From: an uncultured Bdellovibrionales bacterium
Lineage (GTDB): Bacteria > Bdellovibrionota_C > UBA2361 > SZUA-149 > CAZDWZ01
Assembly: GCA_964509425.1 (NCBI GenBank)
Contig: CAZDWZ010000005.1
Coordinates: 277,859-341,858, forward strand
DNA length: 64,000 bases
Direction: 5' to 3'
Positions 34,658-45,083 of this stretch are shown here, piece after piece. Within the stretch, counting starts at the first letter, position 1, and the number at the start of each line of letters is the position of its first letter. Below the pieces are notes generated by a model. The model saw only the letters and a program-made list of their open reading frames with translations, was not told the DNA's origin and did not search any database. The translations under genes were made by a program, and so were the position numbers.

Positions 34658-36643
34658 ATGCTGCTTTGTGGCTCGATAAAAAAGCTCGCGATATCGCTGC
34701 TCTTGGGCAGTATACTGCTCCTCGGCCACCCCGCAGCGTCAGCCGGAGATGAGAGTCCTGAAATCGGCGTGGATTCCTGCGTTCGGGTAAACCGACCGGA
34801 AACGCCTGCGTACCGAATCCATGGCTCAATATTCGTCGAAACTCGGGAGCTTCGCGCCGAGTCACGCCTCTGGAAATTTCGAGGTCCGGCAACACCGAAG
34901 GCGATCATTACTTCAGGTGATTTTAACTGTGATGGCGCCGACGATCTTTTCGTCGAGGATTCGACGGGGCAGCCGATGGTGGCGATTTCCGATGGGAAGC
35001 GCAGCTTTGTTTCGCGAGCCATTTCCGGAATCGCTCGTGAGGCGCTGCTCCGCGGCCGCTGGCGCGAGGCCTCGTCTTTTGATCCCGAGCGCACGAAATG
35101 TGATCTCCTTCTTGTTCCCGAAGAGAAGAGGGGCGCCATTCAATTTGGATCACCCTGTGAGGAAAAAGAGCCTTGGAACCGGATCGAATGGTCGGAGCGC
35201 GTCTTCTCACGAACTTTCGGCTTGTTCTCGCATGCCGCGCCGCAGGTGCTGGGGATCATTCGCGACCAGCCTTTCCGTGTTGTCACCGCTTTTTTTTCGA
35301 ACCTCGTAAAGTCTCGGAGTGAAGGCGGACACCCGGAATCGTATACGTTGGTGGCCGCGGATAACTTCCACGGACTCGAGGATGACGAGCTTTTGTATCG
35401 ATACCAATCACGAAACTACATCACCTCAAGCGCATCGGATACGACGTGGGGCGAACTACCGGCGAACTATGATTGGCGAGGAAAGGAGCTCGTTGCAGAT
35501 TTCACCGGCGATGGAAGAGCCGATGTCCTCACGGAAGGTGAAGGAATCGCCGGGAAGTGGCTCATTCGTTCTTTTGGAAACTTCGGGGTGGAACGTCCGC
35601 TGCCGCTTCCGTCCGCGGTCGTTTCGCTCTCTCTGGAGTCAGCTGGCGACTTCGACGGCGATGGATTCTCGGAGGCGGTTGCTATTCAACCAGGAGGATT
35701 TCTCGTACTTTCTCTTGTTCGACCTCAAGTTGTACCGGAGCCAGTGAAGATTCGCGCCTCAAACGGCGTATCGACTCTGAGTCGTGAGGACGGAGCATAT
35801 CAGCTCGAATCTGACACTCCGCTTGGAGTAGTTTCACCGGCATCGGATGTGTCGGACTTCTCACCGTCCGCGAGAGCTGCTTATGTCGCGAGCCGATCGG
35901 GACGCCCACTCCATTTTTTTAAAGTATGGAAAGACCGGGATGAAGTCGGTGGAGCGTTCGATGAATCCGGAACGGGTCCCTATGTCTGCACTGGGACGCA
36001 AATCGCCGGCTCCAGGTGGGGACGTGTGCAACTCTGCCCCGATGGGTACGCCTTTCAAGAAGTTGATGACTCAATGGGATTTCGCCTAGGGACTTGTTGC
36101 CGGCTCCCGCGCGCGGACATCCTGCTCAAGGCATACGAGTACGCAAAGGATGCTTGTCCTTCGGACAGTATCGTCACCGGACTGTCTTCTGATCGGAAAG
36201 CGCTCGAGGCAATATGTCCTTCTTGCGATTATGTTCTCCGATGCACGAAAATTAACACCGCAAAATTTGGGCTCTCGAAACCCACCCCAGGCAGATATTA
36301 CGGCACCGGCGTTTCCGGGTTTATGCGAGGGTTGGGAATTCAGCGAAACGAGCTTCCGGTTGCGATTCGTTCCGGAATGGGCCGCGTGTCGTTGCTTAAT
36401 TGGGATGTCGATGGATGTCTGGGAAAATCGGCGGGAATGCTCATGGTCGCTGCAAAGGGAAAGCGATGCGACCAAGTTGAGTTTTCTACGTTGCAAGAGA
36501 AGGAAAGCAAGGAAGACATCGTGATGTTTCCCCGATGCCGCGAGATGGTCGATATCTTTGACGCGACTGCCGGCTGTCGACCGGAAATTCTCAATGCTCC
36601 TGGCACCGGGCGAGCAGCTCCTGCACCGATTTCTCCGCCTTGA
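34658..36643 (+). CDS. Secreted FG-GAP / VCBS-like repeat protein.
   Basis: Signal peptide, and repeated calcium-binding-like motifs GDFNCDGADDLFV, ADFTGDGRADVL and AGDFDGDGFSEAV. Cys-rich C-terminal region. Confidence 0.55.
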   Translation: MLLCGSIKKLAISLLLGSILLLGHPAASAGDESPEIGVDSCVRVNRPETPAYRIHGSIFVETRELRAESRLWKFRGPATPKAIITSGDFNCDGADDLFVEDSTGQPMVAISDGKRSFVSRAISGIAREALLRGRWREASSFDPERTKCDLLLVPEEKRGAIQFGSPCEEKEPWNRIEWSERVFSRTFGLFSHAAPQVLGIIRDQPFRVVTAFFSNLVKSRSEGGHPESYTLVAADNFHGLEDDELLYRYQSRNYITSSASDTTWGELPANYDWRGKELVADFTGDGRADVLTEGEGIAGKWLIRSFGNFGVERPLPLPSAVVSLSLESAGDFDGDGFSEAVAIQPGGFLVLSLVRPQVVPEPVKIRASNGVSTLSREDGAYQLESDTPLGVVSPASDVSDFSPSARAAYVASRSGRPLHFFKVWKDRDEVGGAFDESGTGPYVCTGTQIAGSRWGRVQLCPDGYAFQEVDDSMGFRLGTCCRLPRADILLKAYEYAKDACPSDSIVTGLSSDRKALEAICPSCDYVLRCTKINTAKFGLSKPTPGRYYGTGVSGFMRGLGIQRNELPVAIRSGMGRVSLLNWDVDGCLGKSAGMLMVAAKGKRCDQVEFSTLQEKESKEDIVMFPRCREMVDIFDATAGCRPEILNAPGTGRAAPAPISPP

Positions 36644-37358
36644 GTTTTAATTCCGAGGGGTGAATTCCAACGCCGGGAAAGAGCTTCTTCGAGATCGCCC
36701 CTTCTCCGCACTCCCGCTCCATATCGCTGGCGAGGTTGACGACAGCACGAAGCCGGTTCAAGAAAATTTCTTCGTCGCCCACCGGAAGCCCGGCGTCACG
36801 AGAAAGCGCTTCTGGAAGCAGGTAGAAGAGCGTTTGCATCGAGGCACATCGGACTGCCTCATCTTCGACCTGTCGTGCTGCTTTCAAGGAGTCGAGAAGT
36901 TCATCCCGATAGAAGGGCAGGCGAATCGAATGACGCTTGAGCTCGATGGCGACGCCCATCTTTTTCGCCGCATCGTTCTCGCGGCGGAGCTCTCTCCAAA
37001 GGCTCGCGGTGAAAAACTCTCCGGGTGCGGGCCCGTCCACCCGGGATGGATAAGCGGACGCGCGGTTCCGAACAATTTCGCTTCGGTCATCCCGTGTTAT
37101 AGCCGCGATGAACGCACGCTCACTGCCTCCTATACGATCGCCGTTTAGAAGAAATGAGAGGGCGAGGAAGCGAGAATTTTCATCAGTCGACTGGAGGTTT
37201 CGGTAAAGCAAGTCGACCGGAATTTCTGACTCATTGGAGGCTGACCGTTTGAGGACCGGCGTGAGAAGATGCAGGTTCTCGGCAGCAGCGCCGGAAGTGT
37301 TGACTCCGCAGCAGACAGTCGTGACAAGGAGAAGACCTTTGAAAAATTGCTGGACCAT
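36591..37358 (-). CDS. Hypothetical secreted / lipoprotein-like protein.
   Basis: The N-terminus is hydrophobic with Cys residues (LLLVTTVCCGVNTSGAAA). ATG after AAGG. No recognisable domain. Confidence 0.4.
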   Translation of the reverse strand: MVQQFFKGLLLVTTVCCGVNTSGAAAENLHLLTPVLKRSASNESEIPVDLLYRNLQSTDENSRFLALSFLLNGDRIGGSERAFIAAITRDDRSEIVRNRASAYPSRVDGPAPGEFFTASLWRELRRENDAAKKMGVAIELKRHSIRLPFYRDELLDSLKAARQVEDEAVRCASMQTLFYLLPEALSRDAGLPVGDEEIFLNRLRAVVNLASDMERECGEGAISKKLFPGVGIHPSELKLKAEKSVQELLARCQEH

Positions 37359-37483
37359 ACCAAACCTTCGTGAGTGGCCAGAGAAACTCCGGCCGGACGA
37401 TTCAGGTATGCGATCCGGAGCTTACCAATTCCATACCAAAATCGGATTTCGGTGAATGGTTGAGTGGGATTTGGTATTTCTGA

Positions 37484-37524
37484 GGGTTCTCGAAGGTGAT
37501 GACCTCTCGAGAACCCCCCCCCCC
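37484..37524. terminator. Hairpin (GGGTTCTCGAAGG / CCTCTCGAGAACCC) abutting a C11 homopolymer, immediately downstream of the MoxR-operon end.
   Basis: Read directly. On the minus strand, the MoxR stop at 37531 is followed by G11 and then the hairpin. Confidence 0.3.
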
Positions 37525-37530
37525 GATTTA

Positions 37531-38529
37531 TCAGTGAAAACTACTGGTCACGAGCTTTTCGACATGAGGGCGAATGAATTCCTGAAATGCCCCTGAGGCG
37601 TCGCCCGCGCCTGGATGGAAACGCAGCCGGTGCTGAAGCACATACGGAGCGACCGTCTTTAGGTCATCTTCCGTCGCATAATCTCGTGATTGAAGGAGCG
37701 CGTAGGCACCAATCGTTTTCTTTAGCATAATCGCGGCGCGAGTTGATGCTCCGAATTGAAGCACCGGCGAGTTCCTTGAGCCTTGAACGATGTCGACGAT
37801 GGTTCTTAGAATCTTCTCACTAATCTTTACGTCCTGCGCCACCTTACGGGCAGCCAAAATCGCCTCGCGCGTAACAACCGGTCTCACGTCTTCGGTCGCG
37901 TAAGCGATCTCATTCGAGTCTTTAAGAATCTCGAGCTCCGTATCTGCGGCCACGTACCGCATGGGGACTTTGAGAAGAAAACGATCGAGCTGCACGAGCG
38001 GCAACGGATAGGTGCCGGCCAGATCGAGAGGATTTTGCGTCCCAATGACGAAGAACAATTCGTCGAGAGGGTAGGTGACATTGTCGATAGTCACCTGCCG
38101 CTCGGCCATGCATTCGAGGAATGCGGCCTGGACTTTCGGGCCCGTTCGATTGATTTCATCCGCGAGCACGATGTTTGCGAACACCGGGCCGTGCGAGAAG
38201 CGAAAAGTCGCGCTTTTCGGCTCAAAAATATTAACGCCGAGAACATCCGAAGGGAGGAGGTCCGGAGTGAACTGAATTCGGCGAAAGGGGACGATGTGAT
38301 CCATCTGCGAGTTTCGCAACGAACAATCAATCGAACGTCCGAGTGTTTTTGCAAGCGTCGTTTTCCCCGATCCAGGATAGTCCTCGATCAGCACGTGTCC
38401 ACCGGCAACGAGACCCGTGAGCACCAGGCCGATCGTATCTTCCCGGCCCCGGACCACCTTTGTGAGGGAAGTCTGGAGGAGCTTGAGCGCTTGTATTGAT
38501 TCATCAAACATAGTCTTTCCTTGCGTCAA
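37531..38529 (-). CDS. MoxR-like AAA+ ATPase.
   Basis: Walker A EDYPGSGKTTLAK; Walker B VLADEINR; sensor and Arg-finger pattern typical of MoxR. 332 aa. Confidence 0.9.
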   Translation of the reverse strand: MTQGKTMFDESIQALKLLQTSLTKVVRGREDTIGLVLTGLVAGGHVLIEDYPGSGKTTLAKTLGRSIDCSLRNSQMDHIVPFRRIQFTPDLLPSDVLGVNIFEPKSATFRFSHGPVFANIVLADEINRTGPKVQAAFLECMAERQVTIDNVTYPLDELFFVIGTQNPLDLAGTYPLPLVQLDRFLLKVPMRYVAADTELEILKDSNEIAYATEDVRPVVTREAILAARKVAQDVKISEKILRTIVDIVQGSRNSPVLQFGASTRAAIMLKKTIGAYALLQSRDYATEDDLKTVAPYVLQHRLRFHPGAGDASGAFQEFIRPHVEKLVTSSFH

Positions 38530-40559
38530 CGATTCATGATCTCATCGAAAAGTTCGAGCTTTGGAACCAGTTCACCGGGCAGATCCTTTCTATGATGAAA
38601 GACCGCGGCGGTAAACTTGTTTACCAAAGCCTCGTATCCCGTTCCGTCGCTTGAAATGGTGCCCGACTCGTTAGCGAGAATCGTGAGCATATTGTCGGCT
38701 TTTCGAATGAGGCTGACGGTGAGATTTTTTTCACCCTTTGATTCGACAATTTTCAGCACGTAATTGCTGGCCGGCTGTTCATCTGCGTCGGCTTCGGGAA
38801 GTCTGAGAGCGAGGGATTTTCGAACTTTTTTTGCTAAATCGCCACGTGTTCCTTCGGTGCTCGACAAGTTTGATATTACGGGGAGTGAAAGGTCCGCCGA
38901 ACGAAAACGTGAGGGGAGAAGCTCGAATAATTCCTCGCGCGTTCGAAGCGAATCCCGCTTTTCATCAAGCGTCTTGCTGCGCCACCAGGATGAATTTGCT
39001 GCTTCAGCTTTCAAGAGCAAGGTGAGCACCTCCGCCCTTGCGAGCCGGTCTATCGGGCGAAGGGTCTTTCGCAGCTCGACGAGAAGCGGCAGCGCTCGTG
39101 CGGTTTTCCCGTGATGCATCAAGTTCCAAGCGAAGTAGAGGCGGTAGTGATCTTTCGCCGGTCCGCGGTCATCGCTCTCGAGAAGACGGTTGATGCGGCG
39201 CTCAAGCGACTTCACAGGAAAGCCAGCGAGCGTGGATCCGAGAGTCGGGTACTCAATCATCGTATCGCTGTTTCTGAGCTCGAGATCCTCGAAGTCGGCG
39301 AGCTCTTCAAGCGCCATCCGGCGGGCCTGACGTTGGAGCCACCATGCGCGGATTCGAATTTGCGGGATCTCCGCCATGTCGTTGAGGCGATCAGACCACC
39401 GGTCTCTCACCGTATCTCGAAGCGCTCCGACTTTGGCGGTGAGTGCGTTTGCCATAGCGATGGTCGCCGCAAGCCGGACGTCGTTTTCATTGGTTCCAAT
39501 TTTCCCAAACCACTGCTCACGTTCGTTCGCTGCCTTGAGCAATTCTAGTGCTTGATCAAACTCCCCGATGTGAAGCGCGATCCGGCCGCGTGAGAGTGCG
39601 AGAAGTGCCCGGTGCTCCGTGTCCTGCCGCGTCGACTGGGCGGAGTAGCAGACCTCGAAATCTTTTAGAGTGCGGTCCGCTTGGAAGAAACGGACCTGAT
39701 CGATGTAGAGAATTGAGGTATTCAAACTCGGAAGTACGTGCTCGCAGCCGTCCGGCATCTGCAGCGCGCGGATCCAGCTCGCCTCCGCGAGGCTGTCTTT
39801 GAAGAGCTCTCGGTAGACCTCCCCGGCGTTATTAAGCGGAGTTGCCGCCTGTCCGAAGGAGCCGAGTCTCATCTCACCCGCGGCGGCTTTTGCAAATGCG
39901 CGAAGGGAAAGCTCGCGATTTCCTTTCAACGAGAGGAGAATTCCCAGAATATTGTAAATTCGCTTGGAGTCCTCATCGATCAGCAATCCCTGCTGCGCGG
40001 CCTGCACCGCCTCGTCGAGGCGTTTTAGTTTCATCAGGACCCAAGCCCGAGTGGCCATGTACCAGCTGAGTTCTGCCGGCGGGTACACCTTCGCCAATCG
40101 ATCGAGCGTATTCAAGGAGTCCTGGTATTTATCGAGACTGAGCTCCGCTTCGGCTCTGAGATATAACAGCATCACCTGCTCGCGAAGCTTGTCGGCAACG
40201 ACGAACCCGTCTGAGACCTGATACTTTTGCATGAACAGCTCTTCGGCGCGCCTGATGTAGCGGTAGGCAAGCGTGAAGTGTCCGACCTCCGCGAGATAAT
40301 ACTGCCCGAGCATCAGATGAATTCGATAGTCCTCCGGGCGGAGCTGAAGCGCCTTTTGCAATCGCGCGCGCGCGTCGATTGGCTGTTTTTTCGCAAGGAG
40401 AAGCTCGGCTTCGCGCACGAGCTCGTCTGGGTCGTCCGAGAACTTATCTTCTTGAATCGAGACGGAATCTTCCGACTCGAATGGACTTTGCGCCGAAGCT
40501 GTAACGGCCCCGAAGCTCATCATGCCGAGAAGGATGAAAATGGTGATTCGGGTTACCAT
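38526..40559 (-). CDS. Secreted TPR-repeat protein.
   Basis: Signal peptide, and multiple 34-aa TPR-like repeats (W/L-G-Y-A-F-A-P pattern). The ATGA overlap with moxR indicates the same operon. Confidence 0.75.
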   Translation of the reverse strand: MVTRITIFILLGMMSFGAVTASAQSPFESEDSVSIQEDKFSDDPDELVREAELLLAKKQPIDARARLQKALQLRPEDYRIHLMLGQYYLAEVGHFTLAYRYIRRAEELFMQKYQVSDGFVVADKLREQVMLLYLRAEAELSLDKYQDSLNTLDRLAKVYPPAELSWYMATRAWVLMKLKRLDEAVQAAQQGLLIDEDSKRIYNILGILLSLKGNRELSLRAFAKAAAGEMRLGSFGQAATPLNNAGEVYRELFKDSLAEASWIRALQMPDGCEHVLPSLNTSILYIDQVRFFQADRTLKDFEVCYSAQSTRQDTEHRALLALSRGRIALHIGEFDQALELLKAANEREQWFGKIGTNENDVRLAATIAMANALTAKVGALRDTVRDRWSDRLNDMAEIPQIRIRAWWLQRQARRMALEELADFEDLELRNSDTMIEYPTLGSTLAGFPVKSLERRINRLLESDDRGPAKDHYRLYFAWNLMHHGKTARALPLLVELRKTLRPIDRLARAEVLTLLLKAEAANSSWWRSKTLDEKRDSLRTREELFELLPSRFRSADLSLPVISNLSSTEGTRGDLAKKVRKSLALRLPEADADEQPASNYVLKIVESKGEKNLTVSLIRKADNMLTILANESGTISSDGTGYEALVNKFTAAVFHHRKDLPGELVPKLELFDEIMNR

Positions 40560-43252
40560 CGCTTGATCCTCGAAAGGGACAGCGGATTAAAAAATGCCAG
40601 CACTCGCTTCCACCACGCGATATTCGCCCGGAGACTCGCCCGGTAGTCGTCTCTCGCTGACGCAATCGCCTTCGGATCTGTTTCACGTCCCGTTCCCGCG
40701 TAGGTGGTGCGCTCTAAGAGACGGGTGAGCAAGGCTGATTCAATTTGTATACCGCTCTTCAAGCGCGTGGTGTGCTCGAGCCGCGTCTCACCCGGATCCC
40801 TGCCGAGTCCGAGGTCGATCATCTGCGAGGCAAACATTGAATACGATCGGCGCACTCGCTCTTCGGGTGAAACCACGAGAAGATACCCGAAGCGCAGCCA
40901 AGTTTTGATGGCGAAAAACGCGGTGAGAAGAGCCGTTACGAGCACAATCAAGATTCGCTGATCGAGCAGTTTGGCAAAAATCGACTCTCCTTCTTCTTCG
41001 CTTACCGCGACGGAAGGATCTTCTTTCCCCATTTCGTTCAGTGGATCCAGGTTCTTCATCAGCTCCTCGAGGAGCTTTTCATCCGGTACCGGCGCTTGTT
41101 CGTTCTCTGCTTCAGCCGGATTAATGTCGAAAACTCGCCAACCGTAGCCGTCGACATATATCTCGGGCCATGCGTGTCGGTCAGCGAGGCTGAGCAGGAT
41201 ATGCCCGTCCTTCGCATACTGCAGATCGGTTAAGTATCCCGTGCCGATTCGCGCGGGCACTCCCACGAGCCGGAGCAAGAAGACGGCTGCGTGTGCAAAG
41301 TGAACGCAATACCCACGCTTCTTCACAGCGAACAAGTAGGGGGCCACCGGATCCGAGCCCTGAGCGATTTGATGTCCGGGCTGACGAGTGTAGACACTTT
41401 TCTCGGAGAGGTAGTTGATGATCGCCGCTGCTTTATCAAGCGGATGATCGATGCCGTCCGTCAGCCGACGTGCGAATGCAAGGTATCTCAGATCTTCGCC
41501 GTATTGATCGGGAACGGGAGTTGAGTTCAATGATTCCAAGTCCGTCGGAAGGTCGGATCGATCAAGCGAGCGGCTGCCCGGAGCTTTTAGATAGTGCTCC
41601 CAAGTCTCTTTCGTCCACAGCGGATCTCCCACATCCCGATCTTCTACGTCCTCCGCTTTTGTGATGGGGGCGTCGGATATGGCTTGGTAGGCGACGGTGT
41701 AGCGGTTCTTGTTCGGGTTCTTGATGAGACCCATTCTCTCCGGATAATCGATGGCAAATGGAGCGTTGTGGTCCGTGATGAGAAAGATCGACTGCGTGAT
41801 CTTTTTCCGAGCGGCTTCAGCAATCGGCGATGAAAATCGCAGGAAGACGAGATTCGGGAGGATCTCCATCGTTTCGGCATCGAACCCTGGGCCGATGAGA
41901 TAATGATATCCGTCGTATGCCTGAAACGTGAAGGGCCGATCCGAGTCGAGCAACCGCGCGAGGCGATCGAGAAACAATTGACGGAACTCGTCGACAAGCG
42001 GCGGTGTGAGCCGGATAAACGCTTCGTCGGCACGAAACGCCTCGGGAAGGAGATCGTAGGATGAGCTCCGGATGAAATAAGCGTTTTCGTCGTATTCAAT
42101 CGAAAACGGTACTCCTGGCTTCAGTAAAGAGAATGCGCCGACGAGCAATTTTTGTTTGAACTCATCAGAAGACTGCTCAGATACGCTGATGAATGGTTGT
42201 CCCGGCCGAATTCTGGGCACATCGGTGTCGAACTTCGGTTCGGCGAGCACGTAATCAATCCCATTAAAATGTGAGAGGGCGCCTTCCCTGAAATACAGCA
42301 TTGGAGCCCATGGGTTTTGTGAATAGTCGCCCTCGAGACGGACGAGTGCTGCAGGTTGCTTGGTGGCCCCCATCGCGGAATGGAAACCAAGATTGCTGCC
42401 GCCCGGCTTTTGCTCCTTCATTTGCCCGACGCCTTGCGTGGCTCGGCTCATGTCCTCGGCGTACTTTTGATTCACATAATAGGTGTATCCAACGAGCGCG
42501 AAGACCGAGAGGAGTATAACCGATGTCGCATAGAGGACCCGACGCACTCCGCGATCACGCTGAGTGACGTCACCGCGAAACAGCGGGCGTTTCGCAGAGA
42601 GCACCAGGTAAAAGACGAGGAGCGCTGTCGCCGCGGCTGCGAAAATAAGGAAGAGATGTTGCGGTTCGACGTGATAACGCTGAAGGAGCGGAACCTTCCA
42701 CGTGAGTGAGCTGATTTGTTTTGGTGCGTCGAGGTGGTAATTTCGGTGCCCGCTCATCAACCAGATGAGCAAACAAGCGGCGATCCCGCCCTCCAGCGTT
42801 GCCGCCCAATCTCTGCACCAATACAGCCAGGTTGAAAGAAAGGCTGCGGTGTACCAAACCAAGAGCAGCAATGCATCATCAAGATAGAGCGCGACGCGGA
42901 AGTCCGAGCGGGGGTCTGAGTCTCCGGACCACGAGTTCCATTGATCGAGACCCGCCCAGATGAGGAAAAAAGCGGCGAGGTGAAACACAAGCGCACGAGG
43001 AAATGTGCTTCCGCGTTTCAACGCTCGTCCGGCGGTGAGCACTCCGGCAATCGCGGCGAGGTCGAGCAACTCTTCCGGAAACGTAATACCGAGGAGGCGC
43101 GTAAGAATGGCGGTGATGCCGATCGCCAGCGTGACACGAACGGCCTGTAACCAGGACAACCGCTTCATATCTTCTTCCGTTCGCTTGACCTCGATGCGGC
43201 GGGTGACCGCAGAGAGGAGAAGAGATGGTGCTTTTGCGAGCCAAAACATCAT
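40553..43252 (-). CDS. TgpA-like transglutaminase-domain membrane protein (DUF3488 TM domain, transglutaminase core, DUF4129-like C-terminus).
   Basis: About 6 N-terminal TM helices. Core region GYCVHFAHAAVFLLRLVGVPARIGTGY...DRHAWPEIY..GYGWRVFD carries the Cys-His-Asp triad of the transglutaminase-like superfamily. C-terminal TM. Confidence 0.8.
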   Translation of the reverse strand: MMFWLAKAPSLLLSAVTRRIEVKRTEEDMKRLSWLQAVRVTLAIGITAILTRLLGITFPEELLDLAAIAGVLTAGRALKRGSTFPRALVFHLAAFFLIWAGLDQWNSWSGDSDPRSDFRVALYLDDALLLLVWYTAAFLSTWLYWCRDWAATLEGGIAACLLIWLMSGHRNYHLDAPKQISSLTWKVPLLQRYHVEPQHLFLIFAAAATALLVFYLVLSAKRPLFRGDVTQRDRGVRRVLYATSVILLSVFALVGYTYYVNQKYAEDMSRATQGVGQMKEQKPGGSNLGFHSAMGATKQPAALVRLEGDYSQNPWAPMLYFREGALSHFNGIDYVLAEPKFDTDVPRIRPGQPFISVSEQSSDEFKQKLLVGAFSLLKPGVPFSIEYDENAYFIRSSSYDLLPEAFRADEAFIRLTPPLVDEFRQLFLDRLARLLDSDRPFTFQAYDGYHYLIGPGFDAETMEILPNLVFLRFSSPIAEAARKKITQSIFLITDHNAPFAIDYPERMGLIKNPNKNRYTVAYQAISDAPITKAEDVEDRDVGDPLWTKETWEHYLKAPGSRSLDRSDLPTDLESLNSTPVPDQYGEDLRYLAFARRLTDGIDHPLDKAAAIINYLSEKSVYTRQPGHQIAQGSDPVAPYLFAVKKRGYCVHFAHAAVFLLRLVGVPARIGTGYLTDLQYAKDGHILLSLADRHAWPEIYVDGYGWRVFDINPAEAENEQAPVPDEKLLEELMKNLDPLNEMGKEDPSVAVSEEEGESIFAKLLDQRILIVLVTALLTAFFAIKTWLRFGYLLVVSPEERVRRSYSMFASQMIDLGLGRDPGETRLEHTTRLKSGIQIESALLTRLLERTTYAGTGRETDPKAIASARDDYRASLRANIAWWKRVLAFFNPLSLSRIKRW

Positions 43253-43256
43253 GGAC

Positions 43257-44639
43257 TTACGACACCCTCAACCGGCCGTGCGCGGAAAATACATCGAAGC
43301 CGGAGGAGGAGAGTCCTTGGACGACGGAGCTGCCGTTTCCTTTCGGCAATCCCGTGCTTCCGGAGCGCGCACCTCGAAACTTCAAAACCCGATTCGCCGA
43401 TCGAGGAACGACGCTCGACCGTCCGATTGTTTCCATCATCGAGCTGTCGACGAGGACGACGTTCCCGCGAGCGGGAAAACGCTCCAAGCTCTGCTTGATG
43501 GAATTTACCCACTTGGAGTTCGTTGCAGAGGAAAATATGACTATCTGTTCGATCGATCGTCCGCTTCGTTCGAGTGACTCAAGAAACGGAAGGAAGCCGC
43601 GGCCCGTGCCGGCAGTAACATTCCAAACATCGCCATCGATGGCTTCCTGGATATCCTGCTCGCGCTTGACGTGTCCGCTCGTGGTGAGCGTATCGGTGCC
43701 GAAGAGGACTTCGATATCATGTCGGCGAAGCTGCTCGAGATAGTCCTGAAGCGCTCCGGCGACAAAATCTTCCGTTCGATCGGCGATGAGAAAAATTCCC
43801 AGTTCGCCGTCGGGGATTGCGGCCGGTTCGGGACGGCGAGCGACAAGTTCCCCGGAGCGGGCATAGGTTTTCCAGAGAATTCGCTTGATCCCGTCGCTCG
43901 GGTCATACGCCTTGATATCGAAGAGGTCTCCGGTTCTCTCGGCGGATGTGCTGAGCTCTTCGCCCGATCGATGGCTGGAAGCGACGATTGGGAGCGGCTC
44001 GATGGGAATCGTCGGCGCCGACACTTGAATTCTGTGGTGGAGTGGAAACCTCCAACTAAGAGCACAAAACCCGAGCGCATCCGAAAGTCGGCATTCGATA
44101 TGAAGTAACTCCCAAAGGCCGCGATGCGGGAAGACAACGGAGTCGACTAAGATGCGGTGCGAAGCGGGGGCTTGATATCCTGTGATGACATGGGTCGGAG
44201 AAACTACTCCACCGTGAGCGAAGACGCGCCTCAGTTCGAGTAACAAGAACGGAGGAAGGCTGCTGCTTTTTAAAGTCAGTCCCCCTGGAATCGGAGTTTC
44301 CGAGTGAACGGAGAGCGAAGCAAAATGCGGCGCTATTTGAAGCTGTCCTGACACTCGCAATCGAAAGAGAAAAACGACGAGAAGTGTCACTGCCGTCAGG
44401 GCGAGGACCGACCAGCCGAGAATGTTCGCAACGAGATCGAACTCGGCAACGGCCAAAGTTCTCACCGCGACCGTGGAGAGCAGAATCGCGACGAATCCGC
44501 GAAGCGTGCACGGCTGCCACGCCCAAATCTGCCAGAGGATTTGGCGGGCGCTCATTACTTCGGGTTTGGGGGCTGCGGCGGCCGGACCCCGGACCTCTCC
44601 TGTATTTATATTGGTCGCGGTTGCCGACACGGGCTGCAC
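43257..44639 (-). CDS. DUF58-family protein (MoxR-associated), N-terminal TM.
   Basis: The DUF58 hallmark GDLFDIKAYDPSDGIKRILWKTYARSGELVARRPE, and its position upstream of tgpA/moxR. Confidence 0.75.
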   Translation of the reverse strand: MQPVSATATNINTGEVRGPAAAAPKPEVMSARQILWQIWAWQPCTLRGFVAILLSTVAVRTLAVAEFDLVANILGWSVLALTAVTLLVVFLFRLRVSGQLQIAPHFASLSVHSETPIPGGLTLKSSSLPPFLLLELRRVFAHGGVVSPTHVITGYQAPASHRILVDSVVFPHRGLWELLHIECRLSDALGFCALSWRFPLHHRIQVSAPTIPIEPLPIVASSHRSGEELSTSAERTGDLFDIKAYDPSDGIKRILWKTYARSGELVARRPEPAAIPDGELGIFLIADRTEDFVAGALQDYLEQLRRHDIEVLFGTDTLTTSGHVKREQDIQEAIDGDVWNVTAGTGRGFLPFLESLERSGRSIEQIVIFSSATNSKWVNSIKQSLERFPARGNVVLVDSSMMETIGRSSVVPRSANRVLKFRGARSGSTGLPKGNGSSVVQGLSSSGFDVFSAHGRLRVS

Positions 44640-45083
44640 GTCTCTTCAGGGGTAAATAGTTTAGTGTATTCAAGTCGCTACCTATCAGAAGACGCTCTGA
44701 CTCCCGAAATCGGCGCGAGAAAGTGATTCTTACCTGGGTCTTTAGACGTGAGAAAGGGCTCAGATTATCAGGGAGTGGGGTCTTTTGACGGATCTCTTCG
44801 TTTGAAAGAGCGGCTGCGGTGCTTCCACCTTCGCTAAAGCTACGGTGAACACGCATTTATCGGGAGTAAACTCGGCTCCTCGCCGCTCTTTCGCCTCGAC
44901 CTCGGTCAAAATACCCCACTAATGATCATAGGAGAATTCTAAAAACCGGGTTGGGAGAGGTATTTTAAGGTCGGCAAAACGCAGAAAAGGGGTCGCGGGA
45001 CTGTGATGGCAGTCGCGCGAACCTCCGTGCCCCCCCTCCTCAATATCGGGTTCGGACACTCTACGTTTGGGAGCGGATTCTCG

